Part shown: positions 10,531 to 20,030 of the stretch, piece after piece
Numbering within the stretch: the stretch's first letter is position 1
How the letters are laid out: each line of letters opens with the position of its first letter
Source of the DNA: an uncultured Gemmatimonadaceae bacterium
GTDB lineage: Bacteria > Gemmatimonadota > Gemmatimonadetes > Gemmatimonadales > Gemmatimonadaceae
Direction of reading: 5' to 3'
Length of the DNA stretch: 64,000 nt
NCBI GenBank assembly: GCA_963817955.1
Contig: CAWFQK010000004.1
Coordinates: forward strand, 1,024,001-1,088,000
The notes under the pieces: model-generated
The model's database searches: none
Told to the model about the DNA's origin: nothing
Seen by the model: only the letters and a program-made list of their open reading frames with translations
Made by a program: the position numbers and the translations under genes

Positions 10531-11210
10531 GTGATCGCTCCCGAGGTCAGTGAACGTACAATCTCGCCGATCTGCCGACCCTCGGCGTCGCCGCGCGCGT
10601 GCACCTGCGTCACCCCTGCGCGGCGTACTATCTGAAGCGCGTTGTTGCCCCGCACCTTGCCGCCGGCGAGGATCTCGATGCGCCCTCGCGATTGCGCCAC
10701 GAGCCCCGCGAGCTCGGCAGCGCCTTCGAGCGCGGTCGGTGCGCCCCCCGACGTGAGCACGCGTGCGATACCGACGCCTATGAGCTCGTCGAGCGCTCGC
10801 ACACGGTCCGGCGTCCGGTCGAATGCGCGGTGGAACACCACTGGGGTCTCGGCGGCTCGCGCGACCAGATCGCGCGTCGCCACGACGTCGATGTTCCCCG
10901 CGGCATCCAAGGCGCCCACGACCAGGCCATCGACGCCGACCGCTCTCGCCATTTCGATGTCACGGTGCATACTCGCCAGTTCCGCGGCGGAGTAGACGAA
11001 GTCGCCGCCTCGTGGCCGAATCATCACCGCAATCGGAATTCGGACTCGCGCGCTGACGGCGGCGATCAAATCCGCAGCCGGCGTGGTGCCGCCAACGTCG
11101 AGATTCGCGCACAATTCCAGGCGTGCCGCCCCGGCGCGCTCGGCGGCAACGGCTTCATCGACTGACTCGACCGCGGCTTCGACGAGCACGACGCTATCCT
11201 CCATGACCAT
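10527..11210 (-). CDS. cutC: Copper homeostasis protein CutC
   Basis: RLELC, GGTTP, MIRPRGGDF, FHRAFD and LTSGG motifs. Start at 11210 or 11204. Confidence 0.92.
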   Translation of the reverse strand: MVMEDSVVLVEAAVESVDEAVAAERAGAARLELCANLDVGGTTPAADLIAAVSARVRIPIAVMIRPRGGDFVYSAAELASMHRDIEMARAVGVDGLVVGALDAAGNIDVVATRDLVARAAETPVVFHRAFDRTPDRVRALDELIGVGIARVLTSGGAPTALEGAAELAGLVAQSRGRIEILAGGKVRGNNALQIVRRAGVTQVHARGDAEGRQIGEIVRSLTSGAIT

Positions 11211-11324
11211 CGGAATCACCTCCACTGAGCGCGGCAACGGGACCAGGATCGGTAGCGCCTCCTCCGGACGCCTCTCTATCTTCGCCCCTCCCGTAGATTT
11301 CGCGCAACGCTTCCCGGGTAGCCA

Positions 11325-12491
11325 ATGTCGTTTCACGACCGACCGCAATTACCGCGCGGCTTTCGCTGTGCGAGCCGCAACTGTGGCCTCAAGCCGAAGG
11401 CAAAGGACCTGGCGCTCTTCGTGAGCGACGTCGAAGCCACGGCCGCCGCGGTCTTCACACGTAACCACTTTCCCGGCGCGCCCATTATCCTGGGCCGCGA
11501 GACCATACAATCGGGGCGGCTGCGGGCCATTGTGGCCAACAGCAAATGCAGCAACGTGGCGACGGGCCCTAAAGGCGTGGACAACGCCCGCCGCATGGCG
11601 ACGGCCGCCGCGGCCGAAATCGGCACGACCGCCGACCGCGTGCTCGTCAGCTCCACTGGGGTCATTGGCGTGCCGCTGCCAATCGAAATCATCGAACGCG
11701 GCATCCGTGGCATGTCGGCGACGCTGCAGAACGATCCGCTCGTCGGCGCCGAGGGCATCATGACCACAGACACCTACGCGAAGGCGCTGTCGGTGAGCGT
11801 CGGGAACGCCACGATCACCTGGGTCGCAAAGGGTTCGGGGATGATCGAGCCGAACATGGCGACGATGCTCGCGTACATCTTCACCGACGCCGCCTTCAAT
11901 CGTGCGACGCTGGACCGCCTGCTGCGCGACGCGGTGCACGTCTCATTCAACATGTTGTCGGTGGACAGCGATACGAGCACGTCGGACACCTGTGCGATCT
12001 TGGCCAACGGCGAGGCCGGAGCTGTGGATGAGCAAGCGTTTGCCGAAGCGCTCACCGCCGGCTGTGTGAGGATGACGGAGATGCTGGCTCGCGACGGCGA
12101 GGGTGCCAAGCACTTGATCCGCGCCATCGTGAAGGCGGCAGCAAACGGCGAGGACGCCCGGCGAGTAGCCAAGTCGCTCATCAACTCGCCGCTCGTGAAG
12201 ACGATGGTGTTCGGCGCCGATCCGAATGTCGGGCGCTTGCTGATGGCCATCGGCAAATGCTTCGACTGCGGCGTTCGCGCCGAGTCGACCGACGTGTGGA
12301 TCAACGGCCACGGCGTGGTTCGAAACGGCCAGCGGCTTGCGTTCGACGACGCCACCGTGCGCGAGGCGCTGAAGGCCGAGGTCGTGAACCTCGAGGTATC
12401 GCTCGGCCTTGGCAGCGCGACGGCAACGGCATACGGATGCGATCTCACCCAGGGATACATCGACGAGAACTCGGCATACTACTCCAGCTGA
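11325..12491 (+). CDS. argJ: Ornithine acetyltransferase / N-acetylglutamate synthase
   Basis: STGVIG, IMTTDT, KGSGMIEPNMATML autocleavage motif, DTSTSDT, RDGEGA, GCDL. Confidence 0.95.
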   Translation: MSFHDRPQLPRGFRCASRNCGLKPKAKDLALFVSDVEATAAAVFTRNHFPGAPIILGRETIQSGRLRAIVANSKCSNVATGPKGVDNARRMATAAAAEIGTTADRVLVSSTGVIGVPLPIEIIERGIRGMSATLQNDPLVGAEGIMTTDTYAKALSVSVGNATITWVAKGSGMIEPNMATMLAYIFTDAAFNRATLDRLLRDAVHVSFNMLSVDSDTSTSDTCAILANGEAGAVDEQAFAEALTAGCVRMTEMLARDGEGAKHLIRAIVKAAANGEDARRVAKSLINSPLVKTMVFGADPNVGRLLMAIGKCFDCGVRAESTDVWINGHGVVRNGQRLAFDDATVREALKAEVVNLEVSLGLGSATATAYGCDLTQGYIDENSAYYSS

Positions 12492-12516
12492 CGACGACCC
12501 TGGCGTACCCCGACGT

Positions 12517-13494
12517 CTACAGCCGGTAGAGCGCCTGCGCGTTCTCCCCGAGAATCTTCTTTCGCTCAGGTTCCGACACGCGCAGGGCAGCGAGGCTCGA
12601 CTTCATCTTCGAGATGCTGCCAATCTGATGTGGATAGTCGCTTGCTGCCATGATCCGGTCCGCGCCGGCAAAGTCGACCGCGAGCCGTACGGCCGTTGGG
12701 TCGAAGTTGACGGTATCGTAATAGAAGTTCCGTAGATACTCGCTGGGCTTTCGCGCAATGTCCGCGCGACAATCGGGGAATGCCTCCCAGCCGCGATCGA
12801 GGCGCTCGGCGAGATATGGGATAGCGCCACCGAGGTGGCTGAGCACCCACTTGATGTTCGGGTATTTCTCCGGGACCCCGGCGAACACGAGCTTCGCCGC
12901 GGCGAGGGTCGTATCCATGAGAAAGCCGACCAGCGGCATGAGCCAATAGTCGGTCATGGCCTCGACGCCGACGGGGTCAGTGGGGTGGATGTGGAGCACC
13001 GCGCCCAGGCGATCGGCCTCGGCGTACAGCGGGAAGAAGCGCGGATCGGCGAGCGCCACGCCGTTCACGTTGCTGAACAGCATCGCGCCCGGCATGCCCA
13101 GCGTGGTGACGGCCCGAGTGAGCTCCGTGACCGACGCGGCTGGGTCGCACAACGGGAGGGTCGCTAGTGCGGCGAACCGTGGCGAGCGCTCGCGCACGAC
13201 CGTGGCGAAGGCATCGTTCACCATCGAGGCAAAGCGAACGGCGCGATCGGGCGGTTCTACGTGTGTGCCTGGCGTGGTGAACGTGATCACCTGCGTGTCA
13301 ACGCCCTCTCGCTCGAGCACTGTCTGCCGGTAAGCGATGTCGCGATGGCCACGCACCGCGACGTTGTAATCGCCGGGATAGTGGAGGCAGGGATTCCCCT
13401 CCGCGTCGATCGTGACTTTGACCGCACTGTCACCGGACCGCAATGCGTCGATGTACTCGGGCGGATAGAAATGGTTATGAACGTCAATCAGCAT
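12517..13494 (-). CDS. Amidohydrolase 2 family (ACMSD-like decarboxylase)
   Basis: IDVHNH, HIHP, SHLGGAIP and SDYPH motifs. ATG 13494 overlaps the upstream permease stop. Confidence 0.85.
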   Translation of the reverse strand: MLIDVHNHFYPPEYIDALRSGDSAVKVTIDAEGNPCLHYPGDYNVAVRGHRDIAYRQTVLEREGVDTQVITFTTPGTHVEPPDRAVRFASMVNDAFATVVRERSPRFAALATLPLCDPAASVTELTRAVTTLGMPGAMLFSNVNGVALADPRFFPLYAEADRLGAVLHIHPTDPVGVEAMTDYWLMPLVGFLMDTTLAAAKLVFAGVPEKYPNIKWVLSHLGGAIPYLAERLDRGWEAFPDCRADIARKPSEYLRNFYYDTVNFDPTAVRLAVDFAGADRIMAASDYPHQIGSISKMKSSLAALRVSEPERKKILGENAQALYRL

Positions 13495-14827
13495 GGATTG
13501 TTGCGGAAGGAGGAGGAGATGAAGGGGACAGCGGTTTGCGCAGCCACAACGCGTACACCAGCAGTCCGGCACCGACGAAGATCAAACCTGTTCGGCTTTC
13601 GGCGGGATCGGTGACGAGCTGATTGATCACAATGTACGCCGAGCAAACGATGAACACGATCGGGACGAACGGATAGCCCCAGACCCGGTACGCCGGCGCA
13701 TATGAGGCGCGGCGGCGCAGGCGAAAAAGCCCCGCAGCCATGAGCGCAAAGAAGATCCACTCGGTGTAGACCACCCGGGTGAACAGCACCCGGTAGGTAC
13801 CCGTTGAGACGAGGGCAATCGCCCACGCGCCTTGGAGGAGGATGGCGCGATGGGGCGTCCGAAAGCGCGGATGAATCGCCGCGGCCCAGGACACGAACAG
13901 GCCGTCGCGGGCCATAGCGAGATACGCGCGCGGCCCGGAGAGAATGACGCCATTGAGCGCACCAAAGGTCGATACGACGACAATGATCGACATCAGCGCC
14001 GCGCCGCCATGCCCCAGCACGACGTCGGCGGCGTCGGCGGCTACCCGCGTTGACCCGGCAATGCGCGCCGGTGGCAAGAGGTGGAAGTATGCAGCGTTCA
14101 GTGCGATGTAGCAGACCGTCACGATGAGCACGCCCACCACGAGCGCGCGTGGAATGGTGCGCTCAGGCTCGTGGGTCTCTTCGGCCGCGTATGTAACCAT
14201 GTGCCAACCGCCAAAAGCGAACAACCCTGCAACAACGGCCAGCGAGAAGCTCCGGGCGGTGAGCGGTGCCGCGGAGGCCGCAGGCATCGAGGCCTCCCCA
14301 ACCGCGGATGCCGGCCCGAGGGCAAACGCCACGACGATGATCGCGACGATTGCGCCTACCTTGGCAATCGTCAGGGTCGTTTGCAACAGCGTGCCACCGC
14401 GCACGCCGAGGTAGTTGACCGCGGTGAGCACGGCAATCGCTCCCACGGCGAGCGCACGCGTGCCCGTATCTCCGACCGGAACGAAGAACGCCATGTAGCG
14501 AGCAAAGATCATGGCGATGACGGCGATGATGCCCGTGTGCATCGTCCAGAACATCGCCCAGCCCCAGAGGAAACCAAGCGCCGGAGAAAATGCTTCGCGC
14601 AGGAAGACGTACACTCCGCCGGCTTCGGGAAACGCCGAAGCCAGCTCGGCCGCGATGAGCGCGCCAAACAGCGTGAGCACGCCGGAGACGAGCCACACGG
14701 CGTACACGCTGGCAGGAGTCGCGACGGCGCCAGCGATGACCGACGGCTGCACGAAGATGGAGGCGCCAATGATGATGCCAACCACCAGGGCGGTGGCATG
14801 CAGTGGCGTGATCGAACGGGAGAGCAT
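13484..14827 (-). CDS. APC family amino acid permease
   Basis: IIGASIF, AELASAFPEAGG, FAFGGW and AEE..P motifs, ~12 TM helices. Confidence 0.9.
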   Translation of the reverse strand: MLSRSITPLHATALVVGIIIGASIFVQPSVIAGAVATPASVYAVWLVSGVLTLFGALIAAELASAFPEAGGVYVFLREAFSPALGFLWGWAMFWTMHTGIIAVIAMIFARYMAFFVPVGDTGTRALAVGAIAVLTAVNYLGVRGGTLLQTTLTIAKVGAIVAIIVVAFALGPASAVGEASMPAASAAPLTARSFSLAVVAGLFAFGGWHMVTYAAEETHEPERTIPRALVVGVLIVTVCYIALNAAYFHLLPPARIAGSTRVAADAADVVLGHGGAALMSIIVVVSTFGALNGVILSGPRAYLAMARDGLFVSWAAAIHPRFRTPHRAILLQGAWAIALVSTGTYRVLFTRVVYTEWIFFALMAAGLFRLRRRASYAPAYRVWGYPFVPIVFIVCSAYIVINQLVTDPAESRTGLIFVGAGLLVYALWLRKPLSPSSPPPSATIHAD

Positions 14828-15052
14828 AAGGCCACTAAGTTGAGAGGCAATGGCCCTCGTGACCAGAGGCACGACCAATCTGTCACAAGGATGGGACGCC
14901 GCACTGTCCGGTCGGGCAGACGATGGCCCGTCTTCCCGGCGTGCGCTGCGTCACAAATATTTCGGCGCAGGAAACCGCGAAAGCAGGGCAACCCTCGGTC
15001 GCACTGCGATTTGCGCAGGCGCGAAACCGCCGCGGGCAAAGCATTACGATTT

Positions 15053-15067
15053 CGGCACGAGGGGTGC
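15053..15067 (+). promoter_or_regulatory. Candidate sigma-54 (-24/-12) promoter
   Basis: CGGCACGAGGGGTGC has GG-N10-GC spacing and lies 60 bp upstream of ATG 15127. Confidence 0.45.
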
Positions 15068-15126
15068 CATTCCGAAGCATGTCATTCCGGTCGCGCTGAT
15101 CGCGATCGGCTTCCCGGGAGTGATCC

Positions 15127-15966
15127 ATGAGAATGCAACGTTGGATTCAGCACACTATTCCTCTTGCCACGATTGCGCTCATCACTGCAGCCCCGGTGGC
15201 CTTGGCGCAACGGGGTAGAGACAACAACGGCGGCAGTTCCGGATCGCAGATCTTCGAATGGTCCGGCCGAGTGGATCGCGAGGTTCAGATCTCGATGCGC
15301 GACAACCAGGTCTGGGCGCGCTACATCGGAAACAACGAGTCCGGACGCGGGCGCTCGCGCGTCGTCTCCGCCCTGCCGCGCCGGGACGGCCAAGTCGCTG
15401 CGCGGATCATCGACGGCCGCGGCAGTGTGGACGTGATTCAGCAACCATCCGCGCAGAACGGTTATACGACGGTCGTGCGCATCCAGGATCCCGCCAGCGG
15501 CGCGGACAACTACCGTGTGGCGGCCTATTGGCAGACCTACTCCAACGACGACGTCAACAGCAATCGTGGGAACGGGCGAGGTCGCGGCCGCGATGAGGAC
15601 CGCAACAACGATCGGAATCGCGATGCCTCCGATCGTGACCGCCAGCAAGGACAGTACAACCAGGGTGGCAATCGCACCGTGATGCACTGGAGCGGGAACG
15701 TCGACAACGAGCTCGAGATTCGCATTCAGAACGGCCGCGTCGACTATCGCACGATCTCCGGCGCCCAGCCAACGAGCATCCGCGCGGACCGCGGCAGCAT
15801 GAACATCTCGTCAAACACACGGCTTGGCGTGGTGCAAAATCAGGGACGCGGCTCGGTAACGATTGTGCAGCAGCCGTCCTCGCGGAACGGCAACACGACA
15901 GTTATCCGTGTGCGCGACCCGCAGAGCGGCTACGGCTTCTACGATTTCGATCTGATCATGCAGTAA
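15127..15966 (+). CDS. Secreted hypothetical protein with two copies of a beta-rich domain
   Basis: Signal peptide. WSGxVDxE.....GRGSV...QQPS..NG.TTV.R..DP.SG occurs twice, separated by an R/D/N-rich linker. Confidence 0.8.
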   Translation: MRMQRWIQHTIPLATIALITAAPVALAQRGRDNNGGSSGSQIFEWSGRVDREVQISMRDNQVWARYIGNNESGRGRSRVVSALPRRDGQVAARIIDGRGSVDVIQQPSAQNGYTTVVRIQDPASGADNYRVAAYWQTYSNDDVNSNRGNGRGRGRDEDRNNDRNRDASDRDRQQGQYNQGGNRTVMHWSGNVDNELEIRIQNGRVDYRTISGAQPTSIRADRGSMNISSNTRLGVVQNQGRGSVTIVQQPSSRNGNTTVIRVRDPQSGYGFYDFDLIMQ

Positions 15967-16075
15967 TCCAACTCAGATGGCGGCGGTGCATGGGGCGAAC
16001 AGGAACCATGCACCGCTCGATTTCGGAACTCGTTGGCAGCCGAGTTCAGCCGACATGGGGTCGCGTGGTTTTTTG

Positions 16076-16310
16076 AACGCAGAGGTCGCAGAGAACTGCA
16101 AGAGAACTGCAAGAGAACTACAAGAGAACTGAAAAGGGAACCGCGTATAGATGGGACGCTCGAGGCGGTTCACCATCCGGATGATCCCATCTTTCAGCTG
16201 CGCGCCTCCGAGGGTCACGACGGCATCATCCAAGACACCAGGATAACATCTTCTCGGTGTTCCTCTGCAGTTCTCTGCGTTCTCTTGCAGTTCTCTGCGA
16301 CCTCTGCGTT
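16076..16310. mobile_element. MITE-like element with 32-bp perfect inverted repeats enclosing a probable GxxExxY gene remnant
   Basis: AACGCAGAGGTCGCAGAGAACTGCAAGAGAAC (16076-16107) is the exact reverse complement of 16279-16310. The internal minus frame reads LGGAQLKDGIIRMVNRL. Confidence 0.6.
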
Positions 16311-16332
16311 GAAAGCTGTTCTATCGGTCGCA

Positions 16333-16422
16333 GAGATCCTTCGCTTCGCTCAGGATGACAGGCCTTCGCCCAGGATGACAAGCATCGCGTGTCGCGTGTC
16401 GCGTGTCCCGTGTCCCGTCTCG
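16333..16422. repeat. GAGATCCTTCGCTTCGCTCAGGATGACA unit plus partial copy and CGTGTC(C/G) heptamers
   Basis: Direct repeat of 9276-9347. Confidence 0.85.
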
Positions 16423-16477
16423 CCGAACCTTCGCGAAGGTCATTAGAGCCCAGAGCCCGACAGCTGCAGCGTGGTTC

Positions 16478-17509
16478 TCATCCGTCCGCCCTGAATGTGC
16501 GGAATAGATAGCGCAACGAGGGTATGAGAATCAGTGCACCGGCACCAAGCCCCAGGAGCAGGAGCTCGAGCGTCACGTCGGGCGCCGAGGCTTGTCGAAT
16601 GGTCAGGGTCACCGGAATGATGAATGGGTATTGCGCGAACGCCCAGCCCCAGAGGATGAAGCTCACCTGCGCCGCGGCGGCGATGCGCGCCACTCGGAAC
16701 GCGCGGCGCCAGAGCGCGGTGATTGCCACGACCGCCGCAGCGCCCGTACATAGTTGCAGCGGCATCGACCAGCCATCGTCAATCAAGCCGTTCATCATTC
16801 GCGGCGCGCCCTTCCGAGAGAGCACGAGCACGGCAAGCGCGGCGACGAAAACGACGACCGCCATGATCAGCGCGCGAACCCGGAAATCTTCGCGCAACGC
16901 CGCGTCGGTCGTCTCAACGGTGAGATACACCGCGGCGAGAAAGGCGAACAACGCGAGGGCGAATACGCCGACCGCCAGGGCGAAAGGTGTTGTCCACGGT
17001 TGCACAAATACCGCGGGAAAGCTCGCCGCTCCCACACGTCCCCACGCCACCGCCACGTCGCCGCTCGCCACGGCGCCAATCACCGCGCCAAGAACTAGCG
17101 GCGTGACCGTGCTGGCAATGGCGAAAGCCAATCCCCACCGCTCCCGCTGTGCGCGTACTCGACTGCCATAGCTGCGGAAGACGAACGCCGACCCACGCAG
17201 CACGATGCCGACCAGCATGATCGACAGCGGAATGTGAAGCACCGTGCCGAGCATGCCAAAGGCGGGCGGAAATGCCGTGAACAACAGCACCACCACCACG
17301 ATCAGCCAGACGTGGTTGGCCTCCCAGATCGGCGCGATCGAATTCGCTATGAGCTCGCGCTGGGCGTTGTGGCGCCGTCCGCTGGCGAACAGATCCCACA
17401 CACCGCCACCGTAATCCGCCCCGCCCATGAGCACGTACGCATTCAGCGCCAAGACCATGATACCGGCAACGATCTCCGGTAAGCCGATGGACGCGAGAAC
17501 TCCACTCAT
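16478..17509 (-). CDS. cydB: Cytochrome bd ubiquinol oxidase subunit II
   Basis: GGADYGGG, PIWEANHVWL and LRGSAFVFR motifs. ATGA overlap with cydA. Confidence 0.93.
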   Translation of the reverse strand: MSGVLASIGLPEIVAGIMVLALNAYVLMGGADYGGGVWDLFASGRRHNAQRELIANSIAPIWEANHVWLIVVVVLLFTAFPPAFGMLGTVLHIPLSIMLVGIVLRGSAFVFRSYGSRVRAQRERWGLAFAIASTVTPLVLGAVIGAVASGDVAVAWGRVGAASFPAVFVQPWTTPFALAVGVFALALFAFLAAVYLTVETTDAALREDFRVRALIMAVVVFVAALAVLVLSRKGAPRMMNGLIDDGWSMPLQLCTGAAAVVAITALWRRAFRVARIAAAAQVSFILWGWAFAQYPFIIPVTLTIRQASAPDVTLELLLLGLGAGALILIPSLRYLFRTFRADG

Positions 17510-18798
17510 GTGGTTTCCCGCACGAGTGATGTCGTCACTGCAACGACGACCGCGCCGAGACCGCAATACAGGAGCGTGAAGGCGATCATCGGCACGATCA
17601 AGCCGGGCATCGGCGTCACGGCGTCCGCCGTGCGCACCATTCCCTGCACCACCCACGGCTGCCGCCCGACTTCCGTGACCGTCCAACCGGCCTCGGTGGC
17701 AATGAACCCGAAGGGTGCGACGAACACCAGTGCACGCAGCAGCCGGTGCTTCGTGACGATGTCGCGCCGCCGCAGCAGAACGAACGCCACCCATAGGCTT
17801 ACGAGCGCCATCGCGGTGCCGAGCGCCACCATGATCTGAAAGCCCACGTGGACGGGCGCGACCGGCGGCCACACGTCGCGCGGAAATGCCGTCAGTCCCT
17901 TGACCTCGGCGTGCGGGTCATGAAATGCGAGGAGCGACAGACCATCGGGCACTTCGATGGCGTACCGCGTCCGAGCCGATGCCACGTCAGGCCAGCCGCC
18001 AAGTCGCAGTGGAGCGCCCCGCTCCGTATCGAATTGCCCCTCGAGTGCCGCGAGTTTGGCCGGCTGCCACTGCGCCACGCTACGCGCGCTGATGTCGCCC
18101 GACAGCGGCTGCAGAATGGCCGCCGGCGCACCGACCGCGAGCGCGAGTGTCAGTGCCGCCCGATGAAATTTCGATTCCGGTTTGCGGAGGAGTATCAACG
18201 CATGGATACCAGCCACCGCGAGCCCCGTCGCCGCGTAGGATGCCACCAACATATGGAGCGCCTGCTGGAACGAAGACGGATTGAGCATGCCGGCGATGGG
18301 ATCAATCCCAACGATGCGGCCGCCGGACATACGGACGCCCGTCGGTGTGTTCATCCAAGCGTTGACCATCACGACGAAGACCGCCGAAGCCGCGCCGCTC
18401 ACCGCAACGATGAGTCCGGCGGTGAGATGTGCGCGCGCCGAGATGCGTTCCCATCCGTAGAGATACACGCCGAGGAAAATGGCTTCGGTGAAGAAGGCAA
18501 ATCCCTCGAGCGAAAAGGGCAGACCAATGACGGGTCCTGCAAACACCATGAACCGCGGCCACAGCAGACCGAGCTCGAACGAGAGCACAGTGCCTGAGAC
18601 GGCGCCCACGGCGAACAACACGGCGGTCCCCTTCGCCCATCGCCTGGCGAGCTGCACGTAAGCGTCGTCGCCGGTGCGCCGCCAACGCCACTCGGCAAGC
18701 ACCATGAGCAACGGCATCGCGATTCCAATCTCGGCAAACACGATGTGGAAACCGAGCGACACCGCCATCTGCGCGCGAGCGGCGAAGAGGTCGCTCAT
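17506..18798 (-). CDS. cydA: Cytochrome bd ubiquinol oxidase subunit I (short Q-loop)
   Basis: FHIVF, GAVSG, EGFAFFTEA, QPAKLAALE and GWTVTEVGRQPW motifs. Confidence 0.95.
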   Translation of the reverse strand: MSDLFAARAQMAVSLGFHIVFAEIGIAMPLLMVLAEWRWRRTGDDAYVQLARRWAKGTAVLFAVGAVSGTVLSFELGLLWPRFMVFAGPVIGLPFSLEGFAFFTEAIFLGVYLYGWERISARAHLTAGLIVAVSGAASAVFVVMVNAWMNTPTGVRMSGGRIVGIDPIAGMLNPSSFQQALHMLVASYAATGLAVAGIHALILLRKPESKFHRAALTLALAVGAPAAILQPLSGDISARSVAQWQPAKLAALEGQFDTERGAPLRLGGWPDVASARTRYAIEVPDGLSLLAFHDPHAEVKGLTAFPRDVWPPVAPVHVGFQIMVALGTAMALVSLWVAFVLLRRRDIVTKHRLLRALVFVAPFGFIATEAGWTVTEVGRQPWVVQGMVRTADAVTPMPGLIVPMIAFTLLYCGLGAVVVAVTTSLVRETT

Positions 18799-19062
18799 CT
18801 ACAGTACGATGTCCCCGCCTGAGTCGCGCTTTCTGCTCGCCTCACTGCCTTGCTTCACCTGCTCCGCCGACGCGGCGAGCGCTCGATTCGTTTCAGCGCG
18901 GTCGACCTCGATCGAGACGCGCAGCACGTCACCCTCCTTGGCGCCGTCCGGCAACAGCCTGTGCGGAAGCCTGATCAGGGTACCGTCATCGACCTCGATC
19001 GAAGCGACCTGCTCCTCGATCGAGTCGATAGCCCAGCGTTGCTGCGTTGCCCCAATCGTCAC
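18799..19062 (-). CDS. DUF3006-like small protein
   Basis: IDSIEE...LLPDGAKEGDVL, immediately downstream of a ComEC-like MBL gene. Confidence 0.75.
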   Translation of the reverse strand: MTIGATQQRWAIDSIEEQVASIEVDDGTLIRLPHRLLPDGAKEGDVLRVSIEVDRAETNRALAASAEQVKQGSEASRKRDSGGDIVL

Positions 19063-20030
19063 GGAATGGGATTGCAGATGGTTTGCGTCGACGTCGCGTC
19101 TGATGGCCCGGACATGTTCGTCGACCCTTTTTGCACCGATGCCGTGTAGCCGCTACGCATCGTACCAGGGCTCTTGAAGACGATAGTGCCGTTCTGGTCG
19201 GTGCGATACCACGGTTTCCCCTGCGCGCGGTACAGACTTTTCGCCTGATTGTGCATATGGCCGTACGGATTGCTCGCCGCAACAGATGCGGTGACGTACG
19301 ACGGATTCACCGCGCGAACGTAGGCGTTGGTGACGCCGTTGCAACTGCCGTGATGATCGGCCTTGAGCACGGTGGCATGCATGCCCGGATTCGTCGCATA
19401 GCCGGCGGGACCGAGGAACCACCCAATCTCTTCCTGCTCCGCGTCTCCCGCGATCCACATCGAGAACGACGCCGAGTCCGGCCCGATCAACTTCACCACC
19501 GCGGACCGGTTGTTCGGAGAAGATCCGGCAGGATCGGGCCGCAGGATGTGCACTTTCGCGCCACCCTTCAACGTGATCGTGCAAATGGGCTGGCCGGTGG
19601 CGCACGGATCGTCGGTGTCGCGGTAGATCGTCTCGCCACGAACAACGCGGGCGTTGACGGAGTCGCGCAGGTGGCGCAGGTTGGCCGCGGTTGACGGGTC
19701 CTGATTCTCAAAGAAGTAGCGGACCTTCACGTGCCGCGCGGACTCGAACAGCGTCCGCAGACCGACGAGGTGATCGGCGTGCTGATGCGTGAGAATGACG
19801 ACGTCGAAGGTCGAGTCGTTCAACCGCAGCGAATCGAGCAGCGCACCCATCCGGCGCTCGTCCGGGCCGCCGTCGATCAGCACTCTGCTGCCGCCATTCT
19901 CGATCAGTGTCGCGTCGCCCTGTCCGACGTCGAGCACGCGCACCACCAGCGGCGATGGGGCGCGTGATTGCGCGGCGGCACTCGAGGCCATACAGAGGGC
20001 CGCCGCAACGACGATGCGCAATGCCCTCAC
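19059..20030 (-). CDS. Secreted ComEC/Rec2-type MBL-fold metallohydrolase
   Basis: [26 protein letters not shown] and YRTDQNG motifs. Signal peptide, no membrane Competence domain. Confidence 0.88.
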   Translation of the reverse strand: MRALRIVVAAALCMASSAAAQSRAPSPLVVRVLDVGQGDATLIENGGSRVLIDGGPDERRMGALLDSLRLNDSTFDVVILTHQHADHLVGLRTLFESARHVKVRYFFENQDPSTAANLRHLRDSVNARVVRGETIYRDTDDPCATGQPICTITLKGGAKVHILRPDPAGSSPNNRSAVVKLIGPDSASFSMWIAGDAEQEEIGWFLGPAGYATNPGMHATVLKADHHGSCNGVTNAYVRAVNPSYVTASVAASNPYGHMHNQAKSLYRAQGKPWYRTDQNGTIVFKSPGTMRSGYTASVQKGSTNMSGPSDATSTQTICNPIP

